From Candidatus Marinacidobacterales bacterium (lineage in GTDB: Bacteria > Acidobacteriota > Vicinamibacteria > Marinacidobacterales > SMYC01), in the NCBI GenBank assembly GCA_965237955.1, contig OZ250169.1:5472001-5536000 (forward strand): DNA of 64,000 nt, in the 5' to 3' direction. Positions within the stretch are counted from its first letter, which is position 1, and each line of letters opens with the position of its first letter. A program made the translations under genes and the position numbers. The notes under the pieces are model-generated. The model was not told the origin of the DNA. It saw only the letters and a program-made list of their open reading frames with translations, and made no database searches. Below, one piece after another: positions 50,132 through 59,309 of this stretch.

Positions 50132-51010
50132 ATGCTCGAACTGAAAGAGGCGAAGGGAGAGGTGGTAGAGCTGCCTCGCCGGGACCAGGAAAAGACTTCG
50201 CCGAAGCGAGCCCGCAGGGCCCCGCGGCCGACGCGCCGCCCCGCGTCACCTATCGGCGCGTGGCAAACGACCGCGCTTTTCTGTCTGTGCGTGTTGTTCG
50301 TCCTCGCCATCGGCCTCGCGCTCCATGCCTACCAGCGCTCGATGGAGCTCGAGAACCAGCTGCGTGAGACGGTTTCGGAAATGCAGGCGGGAATGCAGGA
50401 GCTCAAAGCCGGTGTCCATTTCGGGTCTACCCGGCAGCAACTCTTGCTCGGGATGCGGGACGAGATTTTGCGAGTCAACGAAGAGATCAGCCTGGGGGAG
50501 GCTTACCGCATCGCGGAGCTTCTGCTCAGAGCAACCGACAAGTACCCGTCCGTGGATCCGGTTCTTTTGCTCTCGATAGGTATCGTCGAGAGCGGGTTCG
50601 AGAGGAAGGCGCGGAGCCCGGCGGACGCTCGGGGCCTCTATCAGATTTGGCCGGCGACGGGTCGGATGCTCGCGGCAATGCTCGGCTGGGAGTACAGCGA
50701 CGAAATGCTGTACGACCAGCACCGCAATACGGAGCTCGCAGCGCTCTATCTCGACGTCCTCATGACGACGTACAACGACGTGGGGATGGCGCTTGCCGAG
50801 TACAACGGCGGACCCATCAACGCCGGCTTGTACCGGGCACGCAGCCACAAAACGGCCGCCGAGACCCGCGACTACGTTCCCAAAGTGCTCGAGCAGTACC
50901 AGCGGCTCATAAAAACCCTCCCGACCGCGCCCGGACTGAGCCACGACATCATTTACCGGGACGCCTCGCGCCCGGGCAAGCAGCTCGGCGTCTCGGCCAG
51001 CGCCGACTGA
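50132..51010 (+). CDS. Membrane-anchored lytic transglycosylase (SLT domain)
   Basis: IVESGF, ARGLYQI, ALAEYNGG and ETRDYVPKV motifs. Confidence 0.9.
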   Translation: MLELKEAKGEVVELPRRDQEKTSPKRARRAPRPTRRPASPIGAWQTTALFCLCVLFVLAIGLALHAYQRSMELENQLRETVSEMQAGMQELKAGVHFGSTRQQLLLGMRDEILRVNEEISLGEAYRIAELLLRATDKYPSVDPVLLLSIGIVESGFERKARSPADARGLYQIWPATGRMLAAMLGWEYSDEMLYDQHRNTELAALYLDVLMTTYNDVGMALAEYNGGPINAGLYRARSHKTAAETRDYVPKVLEQYQRLIKTLPTAPGLSHDIIYRDASRPGKQLGVSASAD

Positions 51011-51046
51011 GGCGCAAGCAACTCCACACCTTCTTCGGGGCAAAAC

Positions 51047-51101
51047 CCGTGCCCGAGCCCGACTATTCGACGACCAAAAGCCCTTCCGGGCTCGGGCACG
51101 G
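51047..51101. terminator. 15-bp inverted repeat after the SLT gene (terminator-like)
   Basis: CCGTGCCCGAGCCCG ... CGGGCTCGGGCACGG. Confidence 0.45.
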
Positions 51102-51189
51102 AAAAAAAAGATGCCACCATTACGAAACCGTGCTACATTCTAAATACGACAGCAAGACGTAATCATGTCGCCTTATGGGATCTTAGTAG

Positions 51190-51738
51190 ATGCAAAGCGT
51201 TGAACTCAAAAAGGATTTCAGCATTGGTGAGCTGTCCGACGCCGCGTCGGTCACGGCCCGGACGATCCGCTACTACGTGGCTGAAGGGCTTCTCGCCCCG
51301 CCCGAGAAAGGCGGCCGCGGCGCGACCTACAACGAAGAGCACCTTGCGCGCCTGCAGCTGATCAGGCGCTTGAAGGGGGAATATTTGCCGCTTCAGGAGA
51401 TTGCGACGCTCATGCGGGGTCTCGATCGTCAGGCGGTATTGGGTCTTCTCGAGCAGAAGCAACGGACGAGCGTGGCCCCGCGCTCTTCCGCCAAAGCCTA
51501 TCTGCAGGATCTCCTCGAGGCCTCGGGTGGTTCCGCGTCGGATTCGGGTCGTTTGCGGGCTCGAGTCGCGGCGCACCCCAAAGCTGGGAACGAGATCCCG
51601 GAGGGCGTCGAGTGGAGAAGGCTCGTCGTCGATGAGGGGGTGGAACTACATGTTCGGGAAGATCGTCTGGGGGGAAGCTCGAAGGAAAAGGTGAGACAGC
51701 TTCTCCAGTTTGCGAAAGGGCTCTTTCTAACGCGATAG
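51190..51738 (+). CDS. MerR-family transcriptional regulator
   Basis: FSIGELSDAASVTARTIRYYVAEGLL; C-terminal WRRLVVDEGVELHV. Confidence 0.9.
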   Translation: MQSVELKKDFSIGELSDAASVTARTIRYYVAEGLLAPPEKGGRGATYNEEHLARLQLIRRLKGEYLPLQEIATLMRGLDRQAVLGLLEQKQRTSVAPRSSAKAYLQDLLEASGGSASDSGRLRARVAAHPKAGNEIPEGVEWRRLVVDEGVELHVREDRLGGSSKEKVRQLLQFAKGLFLTR

Positions 51739-51781
51739 AGGTTGGGGAGAGCGCGCCGGGGTCAACTGATGGGGGACCTCT

Positions 51782-53068
51782 ATGAACAATCGCGTTGTCA
51801 AGATGCTTCAACTCGAATGTCGCGTCGACCGGGGGCTTCTGCCCGTTGGCCGACCCGCGGAGCGCTACGCTTTGATGACACTCAAGATGCCCGAGGTGGA
51901 CTCGCCAAAAGCGCGCTTGCCGGTGAACTTGAGCCTCATCCTCGATCGCAGCGGCTCGATGCAAGGCGACAAGCTTCGGTTCGTCAAGCGGGCCGTCGCG
52001 CACACACTCCGGCATCTGACGCTGTCGGACATGGTGTCCATCGTCGCCTACGACGATGAAGTCGAAATCGTTGCGCCTTCGTTCAAGGTCACGCCGGAGA
52101 ACACGAAAGCTGCGCTCGCGAACGTCGAGAAAGTGTGGGCCGGTGGCAAGACGAATTTGAGCCTTGGCTGGTTCACCGGCTGCGATCAGATCGCGGATCA
52201 TATCGGCTCCGGCGTCATCAACCGTGCCATGGTGTTGACCGATGGATTGGCCAATGAAGGGCTCACCAACGTCGAGAGGCTCGTCAACCAGGCGCGCGAG
52301 CTTCGCGTGCGCGGTATCACCACCAGCACGTTCGGTGTCGGGTACGACTTCAACCAATTCTTGTTGCAACGCATCGCCGATGCGGGCGGGGGGCACTTCT
52401 ATTTCATCGATGATCCAGAAGTGATCCCTGCCTTTTTTCATGGTGAGCTTAGCGAGATGCTGTCGACGGTCGCGAAGGACATCGTCCTCGAGATCGGCGT
52501 TCCCAAGGGTGCGTCGGTAGAACCACTCAATGGGGTTCCGAGGGAATTGGCCGAGAACCGCCGTGTGCGTGTCCTGTTGGGCGACGCGTTCTCCGGGCAG
52601 ACGCGGGAGATCATTCTCCGCGTGGAGCTTCCTGCGTTTCAGCGGAACCAGCATTTGTTGCTGCCGGTCGCGCTCCAATACGAAGACACTCTCGAAGCGC
52701 GCCGCGTTACGATCGATCAGCCCGGCCTCATCTTCGAGACCGCCGACGAGGCGCGGTGCCGCGCCCAGCGTTCGGACGAGGACGTGCTCCGGGCCGCGTG
52801 CCGCTCCGAGGTCGACCGGGCGAAGATGGAGGCGTTGTTCCGCGAGTTCGAAGGCGATCTTTCCGGTGCGGACGACTCACTGCTCGCTGCCGAAACGACG
52901 ATTCACGGTTTGCTGCCGCCGGACATGGCACGACCCCTCGTCGAGGAGATCGGGACGATGAGCGATGCGCTGCACCTGGGCTTGAGCGACGCTAGCCGGA
53001 AGGAACAACACTATCGCCTCTATCGAAATCAGCGTCGCCGACCGGATCCAGGTACGCCGATTCCGTAG
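51782..53068 (+). CDS. von Willebrand factor A domain protein
   Basis: MIDAS DRSGS, GGKTNL, LTDGLAN and GGGHFYFI motifs. Confidence 0.9.
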   Translation: MNNRVVKMLQLECRVDRGLLPVGRPAERYALMTLKMPEVDSPKARLPVNLSLILDRSGSMQGDKLRFVKRAVAHTLRHLTLSDMVSIVAYDDEVEIVAPSFKVTPENTKAALANVEKVWAGGKTNLSLGWFTGCDQIADHIGSGVINRAMVLTDGLANEGLTNVERLVNQARELRVRGITTSTFGVGYDFNQFLLQRIADAGGGHFYFIDDPEVIPAFFHGELSEMLSTVAKDIVLEIGVPKGASVEPLNGVPRELAENRRVRVLLGDAFSGQTREIILRVELPAFQRNQHLLLPVALQYEDTLEARRVTIDQPGLIFETADEARCRAQRSDEDVLRAACRSEVDRAKMEALFREFEGDLSGADDSLLAAETTIHGLLPPDMARPLVEEIGTMSDALHLGLSDASRKEQHYRLYRNQRRRPDPGTPIP

Positions 53069-53123
53069 GTAGGGCCCGGCGGGGGGATGTCTTTCGAGTG
53101 CGTGTCGTGTACCGTATGCGGCT

Positions 53124-53681
53124 ATGCGACTGACAGGGACCTTATTGATGCTAGCCTTCGCAGCCGGAGGCTGTCGACTGCCCGAATCGAAAGCCGCGTC
53201 TGGGCTCGAAGACATGGTAGAGCCTCGCTACGACGACGGCGGAGACCTAGTCCGTCCCGAGGGCTACCGTCATTGGGTATTCGTCGGGGCGTCGCTCGGC
53301 CTCAGGTACGCGAAAGATGGTGGACCGGTCGACGACGGTCCCGGCAGCTTCCACAACGTCTACATCCAACCCGAAGCGTACGCTTACTTCATGGACAATG
53401 GGGTCTTTCCCGAGAAAACGATGCTCGCGATGGAAACTTACGAGTCGGGAACGCGCGAGCCGAAGTCCGAGCTCACCGGCGGGTACTACGAAGACGCGTT
53501 CGCGGGGTTCTCGGTGGCGGTGAAGGACACCGAGCGCTTCGACGAAACCTGGGGCTACGTAGGCTTCGATGATGGCGATACCGCGGCGTCGTTTCCAAAA
53601 GAGCAGTGTTACGAATGCCACGCCGAGCATGGCGCAACCGATAACGTGTTCACGCAGTTTTATCCTATCCTACGCAGATGA
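53124..53681 (+). CDS. Cytochrome P460-family (c'-beta type) lipoprotein
   Basis: RPEGYRHWVFVG, FHNVYIQP, CYECH and VFTQFYP motifs. Confidence 0.88.
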   Translation: MRLTGTLLMLAFAAGGCRLPESKAASGLEDMVEPRYDDGGDLVRPEGYRHWVFVGASLGLRYAKDGGPVDDGPGSFHNVYIQPEAYAYFMDNGVFPEKTMLAMETYESGTREPKSELTGGYYEDAFAGFSVAVKDTERFDETWGYVGFDDGDTAASFPKEQCYECHAEHGATDNVFTQFYPILRR

Positions 53682-53776
53682 GAACTTTCGGGTCCATGTC
53701 ACCGGATGTGAGATGGACCAATTCGAAGAGATCATTGGGTCGTTCCTTCAGTAGCGATCCGATTAGGAGTGTGAAC

Positions 53777-54113
53777 ATGACGACGCGACGATCGTTTCTG
53801 AAGAGTGTTCCGGCGATCGATTTTCATCTCGAGATCGGTCGAGCGCGTATCGAATCTCGCGTCCTCGAGCTCGCGACGGCGCTCAAAAAGGGCCTGCACG
53901 ACGCCGGGATTCCGCTTCTGACTCCGATGAGTGCATCGCTGTGTCTGTACCGTGGCCGTCGCCCCCGAAAAGAGGCGCGAGCTCGTTTTCGAGCTCGACA
54001 AGCTAGGTGTCGCGGGCTCGCCGGCGGGTGGCTTGCGCCTGTGTCCGCACATCTACAACACGGAGGAGCATGTCGAGCGTGCCGTCCTCGCTGTGGCAGC
54101 CCTGATGGCCTGA
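53777..54113 (+). pseudogene. Tat aminotransferase class V collapsed by an internal deletion
   Basis: MTTRRSFLKSVP joined in frame to AIDFHLEIGRARIESRVLELA; then frameshift to LRLCPHIYNTEEHVERAV. Confidence 0.75.
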
Positions 54114-54117
54114 CAAT

Positions 54118-55005
54118 ATGAAACGCGCGAACGTCCTGAGCGGGCTCGCCGTCGACAGGGCTTCGGGCCTTCGGACCGATCCGGTTCGTCTGGCCGAAGC
54201 GTGGGGTCGGCCGGAAACGCGCGTCCTTCCCGTGTGGCGCTCGAAGCACATCGTCGTCTCCGAGGAGCCGTCTCGGGTCGCGTTCGTTGACCCCGATCGT
54301 TTTCGGGATCACGATCGCGACAACGCGATCCTTCTCGGCCGACGCGACGGGGCGACCTTTTTTGCTGTGGATGTTTCCGAAATCGACGAGCCTCTCGACG
54401 AGCTGGGACTCGATGACGTTCATGTGATCATGGGCCTACGCGAAGTCGCATCCCTGTTGTCGCAGTCCGACGGAGCTCTCCTCGCTTACGCGAACGGCAT
54501 GATGAGCTGGCACCGTCGCCATCGCTTCTGTAGCGGGTGCGGTGCGGCGACCGCCTCCGCGCAAGCGGGTCATGTACGAGAGTGTACTTCCTGCGAAGAG
54601 CTTCATTTTCCTCGCACCGACCCCGCCGTGATCATGCTCGTGACCGATGGCGCCGAGTGTCTTTTGGGCCGTCAGTCCGCATGGCCGGACAAGGTGTACT
54701 CGACGCTTGCGGGTTTCGTCGAGCCGGGAGAGAGTCTGGAAGAGGCCGTTGCTCGTGAGGTCCAAGAAGAAGCGGGGATTCGAGTGGAGGATGTTCGCTA
54801 CCACTCGTCGCAGCCGTGGCCGTTTCCCGGCTCCTTGATGCTCGGCTTTACCGCGGTTGCGACGACGCGAGACATCGAACTTTCGACGGACGAGCTCGAA
54901 GATGCGCGTTGGTTCACCCGTGACAAGCTTCGTGCGGCCGAGGAAGTGCGGCTCCCGTCGGAGATCTCGATCGCACGCCGACTCATAGAAGATTGGCTCG
55001 AGTAG
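54118..55005 (+). CDS. nudC: NAD(+)/NADH diphosphatase NudC
   Basis: HRFCSGCG, FPRTDPAVI, Nudix box GFVEPGESLEEAVAREVQEE, SQPWPFP. Confidence 0.95.
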   Translation: MKRANVLSGLAVDRASGLRTDPVRLAEAWGRPETRVLPVWRSKHIVVSEEPSRVAFVDPDRFRDHDRDNAILLGRRDGATFFAVDVSEIDEPLDELGLDDVHVIMGLREVASLLSQSDGALLAYANGMMSWHRRHRFCSGCGAATASAQAGHVRECTSCEELHFPRTDPAVIMLVTDGAECLLGRQSAWPDKVYSTLAGFVEPGESLEEAVAREVQEEAGIRVEDVRYHSSQPWPFPGSLMLGFTAVATTRDIELSTDELEDARWFTRDKLRAAEEVRLPSEISIARRLIEDWLE

Positions 55006-55042
55006 AGCGCGGATCACGTTTCGCGTATGTACGCGACTAATC

Positions 55043-55429
55043 TTACCGCAGCTGGACGCCGCGCGAGATCCGGTCGCGGTTCTCGTCCTCACCGCCCGGC
55101 TTCTTGTCGGCGCCGTATGATGTGACGACGAGCGTCCCGGAGTCGACGCTGAGAGCGAACGGCGTGCCCCACGGGTCGAGCTCTTGACCAGGGTGGATGT
55201 GACCGTCGTCGACGAGCGCTTGCACGGTCTCCGGGTATGCCCCGTTCACGGAACGGTACGTGGCGGCGGCCTTGCGGATCCGAAGGACGTATGCCGTGAG
55301 CGCCGTTTCCGACACCCGCCCCGCCGCTTGGGACGAGGAAATCTCCGGATTGCGTTCGGTGGACTCGCACGCCAAAAAGAGAGTGTTTAGAACGCCAAGA
55401 AGGAATACAAGGGTCAGTGTGATTTTCAT
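55043..55429 (-). CDS. Small exported protein with T2SS GspG-like domain
   Basis: LDPWGTPF..SYGADKKPGGEDENRDR; FLAC possible lipobox. Confidence 0.7.
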   Translation of the reverse strand: MKITLTLVFLLGVLNTLFLACESTERNPEISSSQAAGRVSETALTAYVLRIRKAAATYRSVNGAYPETVQALVDDGHIHPGQELDPWGTPFALSVDSGTLVVTSYGADKKPGGEDENRDRISRGVQLR

Positions 55430-56309
55430 TTGAGTTGAGTGATCAAGTCTTCGACGCGACGGCGGAAGAGCGCGCCATCGACCCACATGCGGGCGTCGGA
55501 CTCGAACGCTTCGCCGCCTCGGGTGCGCGCCCAAGTGGTCACCGGTCGCACGAGGTCCTCGTCTCGGATCCGGGCGTTTCGAATGTCGACGCCGCGTCCG
55601 TCGAGCTGGTCGAGAAGCGAGTGGTAGCTCGAAACCTCCGTTTCCGGCACGGACTCTCCGCTCGCGCGCGCCTTCAACGACTCCAGAGAACGGCACAGGG
55701 ATTCGATCGACGCCGTCGGCTGTTGTCCGCCCAGCGATTCGGGGATGCGCGTATTGGCATCGATGATCGCCCGCTCTATTTGCCGGGACGTCAGCCCGCG
55801 GGTGCCCTCGAGGTTGCAACCGGAGAGAGGTTGCAATGATTGAGCTCGGCGCCGGTCAGGTCGGCGCCCTCGAGGCTCGCACCGGTGCCTAGCGACTCGC
55901 GCAGGTCGGTGTTGTTCAAGCGTGCGTCTCGGAAGTCGGCTTTCCGGAAATCGACGACGGTAATCTGCGCACCCGCCAAGTTGACGCCGTAGAGCCGGGT
56001 GCGGCGGAGTTTGGCGCTTGCTAGAACCGCGTTCTCGAGGTTGGCTCGGAACAGGTCCGCGTCGTTCAGAACGATCTCATGGAGCATGGCTTCACGAAGG
56101 TCGGCGTGGCGCAGGTCCGCGCCGTTGAGCTTCGAGCGGATGAGGGTCGCCCCCTTGAGCCGCGCGTGGCTCAGATCGATGCCGTCGAGCTTCGCTGCCG
56201 GCATGCTCAGGCCTGTGAGATCGGGTGTCACGCTGCCGTTCTGAGAGCGCCAGTCGTTCCATTCTTCGATGCCCTGCCGTAGAAGGGCCTCGTGAGCCGG
56301 GTTTGCCAT
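55426..56309 (-). pseudogene. Pentapeptide repeat protein with extra C-terminal domain, frameshift near 55830
   Basis: MANPAH..L.QG..WN.WR start; A(D/N)Lxx repeats; continues in ORF 55426..55836. Confidence 0.8.
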
Positions 56310-56486
56310 CCGTGCCCCTTATTCGAACAAAACCAAAGTTTGGCCAAAGTTTGGATTGGGATACCTCTAGAATACCGCCGGATGCCCGAAGACGCCACCG
56401 CCGAAGCGATGGTGCAGGGTGGTGGTTTGTGCTATCGTCGCGTGTTTTGCGCACGCTAAGAGGGGGCGATCATTTCGGCATCGGAA

Positions 56487-57704
56487 ATGAACGGGGAAAC
56501 GGCCGCGGGCGAGACCACAGGTCAGAAACGAGACTACCCGGCATCGCAGGTTCATTTCCTCGAGGTCGACGGACGCGAGTTCATCCTCGTTGGTACGGCG
56601 CATGTTTCCCGCGAGTCCGCTGAGCTGGTTCGTCGTGTCATCGAGCAAGAAAAACCCGACCGGGTGTGCGTCGAGCTCGACGCGCAACGCTACCAGGCGC
56701 TGACGCAGAAGCAGCGATGGGAAGCGCTCGACATCAAGGAGGTCATTCGCAAGAAACAGCTGAGCACCTTGATGGTGAACCTGCTCTTGTCCGCGTACCA
56801 GAAAAGGCTCGGTGTGAAGCTAGGGGTGATGCCCGGCACCGAGCTTCTGGAAGCAACTCGAGCGGCCGAGGAGAACGGCATTCCGGTATCGCTATGCGAC
56901 CGCGATGTGCGGGTGACGCTCCGGCGCGCGTGGCGCTCGACGCCGTTCTTGAAAAAGGCGCTTCTGCTCTCGGCGATCCTCACCAGCGTTTTCGACGAGA
57001 AAGAAGTGACCGAAGAGCAAATCGAGGACATGCTCCAAGGTGACGTGCTCTCCGAGCTCATGAAAGAGCTCGGAGAAGCGATGCCGGCGTTGAAGCGAGT
57101 TCTGATCGACGAACGCGACATCTTCCTCACCCACAAGATGCGCGACTCCGAGGGTGAGCGGGTCGTGGCCGTCGTCGGTGCAGGTCATCTCGACGGCATC
57201 AAGAAAGCGCTCGCGGAGCACCAAACCGCCGACTTGGAAGCCATCAACACCATCCCCAAGGTGTCGCCCGCGTGGAAGTGGATCGGGTGGGGCGTGCCCG
57301 TCGCCATCCTCGGCTCGATCGCATACATCGGATGGTCGAAAGGTCCGGAGGCGGCGGGGGACAACGCGCTGTTCTGGATTCTCGCTAACGGTATTCCGTG
57401 CGCTATCGGCGCGGTGCTCGCTTTGGCGCATCCGCTCACGATTGTCGCCGCGTTCGTATCGGCCCCGATCACGAGCTTGACGCCCGTTATCGGAGCGGCG
57501 TACGTCACCGCGTTCGTCCAGGCGTGGGTGCGTCCACCCGTCGTCAAAGAGTTTCAAACCGTCGGCGAGGACATGAGCGTCGTACGCAAGTGGTGGCAGA
57601 ACAGGCTCCTTCGCGTGTTCCTCGCGTTCTTGTTACCTGGAATCGGTAGCATGTTCGGCTCGGTCGTGGGCGGTGTCGAGATTTTCAGCAACTTGTTCGA
57701 ATGA
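56487..57704 (+). CDS. TraB/GumN (pheromone shutdown-like) family protein
   Basis: LVGTAHVS, VCVELD, LIDERD and VVGAGH motifs; C-terminal TM helices. Confidence 0.92.
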   Translation: MNGETAAGETTGQKRDYPASQVHFLEVDGREFILVGTAHVSRESAELVRRVIEQEKPDRVCVELDAQRYQALTQKQRWEALDIKEVIRKKQLSTLMVNLLLSAYQKRLGVKLGVMPGTELLEATRAAEENGIPVSLCDRDVRVTLRRAWRSTPFLKKALLLSAILTSVFDEKEVTEEQIEDMLQGDVLSELMKELGEAMPALKRVLIDERDIFLTHKMRDSEGERVVAVVGAGHLDGIKKALAEHQTADLEAINTIPKVSPAWKWIGWGVPVAILGSIAYIGWSKGPEAAGDNALFWILANGIPCAIGAVLALAHPLTIVAAFVSAPITSLTPVIGAAYVTAFVQAWVRPPVVKEFQTVGEDMSVVRKWWQNRLLRVFLAFLLPGIGSMFGSVVGGVEIFSNLFE

Positions 57705-59305
57705 ACCTCACTTACATCGACTTCATCGCGTTTGGGGCGTTTCTTGCCGTCGTTGTTGGGGTGTCGCTCTATGCAGGACGGCGCGAGCGGACGAGCGAAG
57801 ACTACTTTCTCGCGGGACGGAGTCTGACGTGGTGGCTCATCGGGGTATCGCTCATCGCGTCGAACATCTCGACCGAGCACTTCGTCGGCATGGCGGGTTC
57901 GGCATTCGGACGCGTCGGGCTCGCGATCGCGAGCTACGAGTGGATGGCCGCGGTGACGCTCGTGCTCGTCGGTTGGTTTCTGCTGCCGCGGTTTCTCCGC
58001 GCCGGTATCTACACGATGCCCGAGTACCTCGAATACCGCTACGACGCCAGAGCCCGCTCGCTCATGGCGTTTTACTTGATGGTGGCCTACATCGTCGTCG
58101 CCCTCGCCACGGTGTTGTACTCCGGCGCCATCGGCCTCATCGCGATCTTCGATTTGCCTGATTTGTTCCAGGCGCAGTTCGCGCTCGATGCCGAAGGTGC
58201 GCGGTACTGGTCGATGGTCGCGGCGATTTGGTTTATCGGCATCGTGGCGGGGGGGTACACGATCTACGGCGGCCTGAAGGCGGTCGTGTGGTCTGATCTC
58301 ATCCAGGGCACGGCACTGCTTCTGGGCGGCGTCATCGTGGTTCTGATCGGGTTCGACGTTCTCGGGGGTGATGCGGGGATTGCCGCCGGCGTGCGGGTGT
58401 TCCTCGAGGCGAACGGGGACAAGCTCCACACCGTGCTCCCGTGGAACGACCCCGATATGCCCTGGCTGGCCGTGTTCGTGGGCGGCCTGTGGATTCCGAA
58501 CTTGTTCTACTGGGGCTTGAACCAGTTCATCACCCAGAGGACCTTGGGTGCCAAAAGCCTCGCCGAAGGGCAGCGGGGGATCTTCTTTGCCGCGTTTCTG
58601 AAGCTTCTCATCCCCTTCATCATCGTGTTCCCGGGCCTCATGGCGTTCCAGCTGTACGGCAACGAGATCTCGAATCCTGACGAAGCCTATCCGTACCTGA
58701 TAAGCCGTATCCTCCCACCCCAGCTTCGCGGCGTCATGTTGGCGGCGCTCACCGGCGCGGTGATGAGCTCGTTCAACTCGATGTTGAACTCGGCGTCCAC
58801 GATTTTCACGATGGACCTCTACGCGCGGCACTTGCGCCCCGACGCGCCCACGAAACGCTTGGTCCGCGTCGGCCGCATCGCGACCGGAAGCTTCGCCGTG
58901 ATCGCGTGTCTTTGGGCGCCCACGATTTCCCGCTTTGAAGGCGTTTTCATTTATATTCAGACGGTATGGGGTTTCATCACGCCGGGCATCGTCGCAGCGT
59001 TTCTGTTCGGAATGGTCGTGAAAAAAGCGCCGCCGGCCGCCGCCATCGGAGCGATGCTCATGGGTGTGCCGCTCTACGGGTTTTTGTTGTGGCAGCTTCC
59101 GGAAGTGGCGTTCTTGCACCACATGGCGATCACGTTCATGGTGCAGGTCGTGTTCATGGCGGCCCTCACCCGGGCGCGACCTCTCAGCGAGCCAGTGAAG
59201 TTACCGGACGCGGGACGGGTGGACACGACGCCGATGAAAGGAAGTTTCGCGTGTGGAAGCGCCGTGATCGTGGCGACGGTCGTGCTCTATATCCTTTTTT
59301 GGTGA
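57701..59305 (+). CDS. Sodium:solute symporter (SGLT-like sugar transporter)
   Basis: DYFLAGR, ASNISTEHFVG, YGGLKAVVWSD and NQFITQR motifs. Confidence 0.93.
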   Translation: MNLTYIDFIAFGAFLAVVVGVSLYAGRRERTSEDYFLAGRSLTWWLIGVSLIASNISTEHFVGMAGSAFGRVGLAIASYEWMAAVTLVLVGWFLLPRFLRAGIYTMPEYLEYRYDARARSLMAFYLMVAYIVVALATVLYSGAIGLIAIFDLPDLFQAQFALDAEGARYWSMVAAIWFIGIVAGGYTIYGGLKAVVWSDLIQGTALLLGGVIVVLIGFDVLGGDAGIAAGVRVFLEANGDKLHTVLPWNDPDMPWLAVFVGGLWIPNLFYWGLNQFITQRTLGAKSLAEGQRGIFFAAFLKLLIPFIIVFPGLMAFQLYGNEISNPDEAYPYLISRILPPQLRGVMLAALTGAVMSSFNSMLNSASTIFTMDLYARHLRPDAPTKRLVRVGRIATGSFAVIACLWAPTISRFEGVFIYIQTVWGFITPGIVAAFLFGMVVKKAPPAAAIGAMLMGVPLYGFLLWQLPEVAFLHHMAITFMVQVVFMAALTRARPLSEPVKLPDAGRVDTTPMKGSFACGSAVIVATVVLYILFW

Positions 59306-59309
59306 GCCA

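Noticed and set aside
53124-53681. Evidence for ammonia or hydroxylamine oxidation
   Set aside because: The cross-link Lys appears absent and there are no amo/hao genes
56487-57704. TraB as a conjugation gene
   Set aside because: TraB/GumN metalloprotease-like family; no transfer genes nearby
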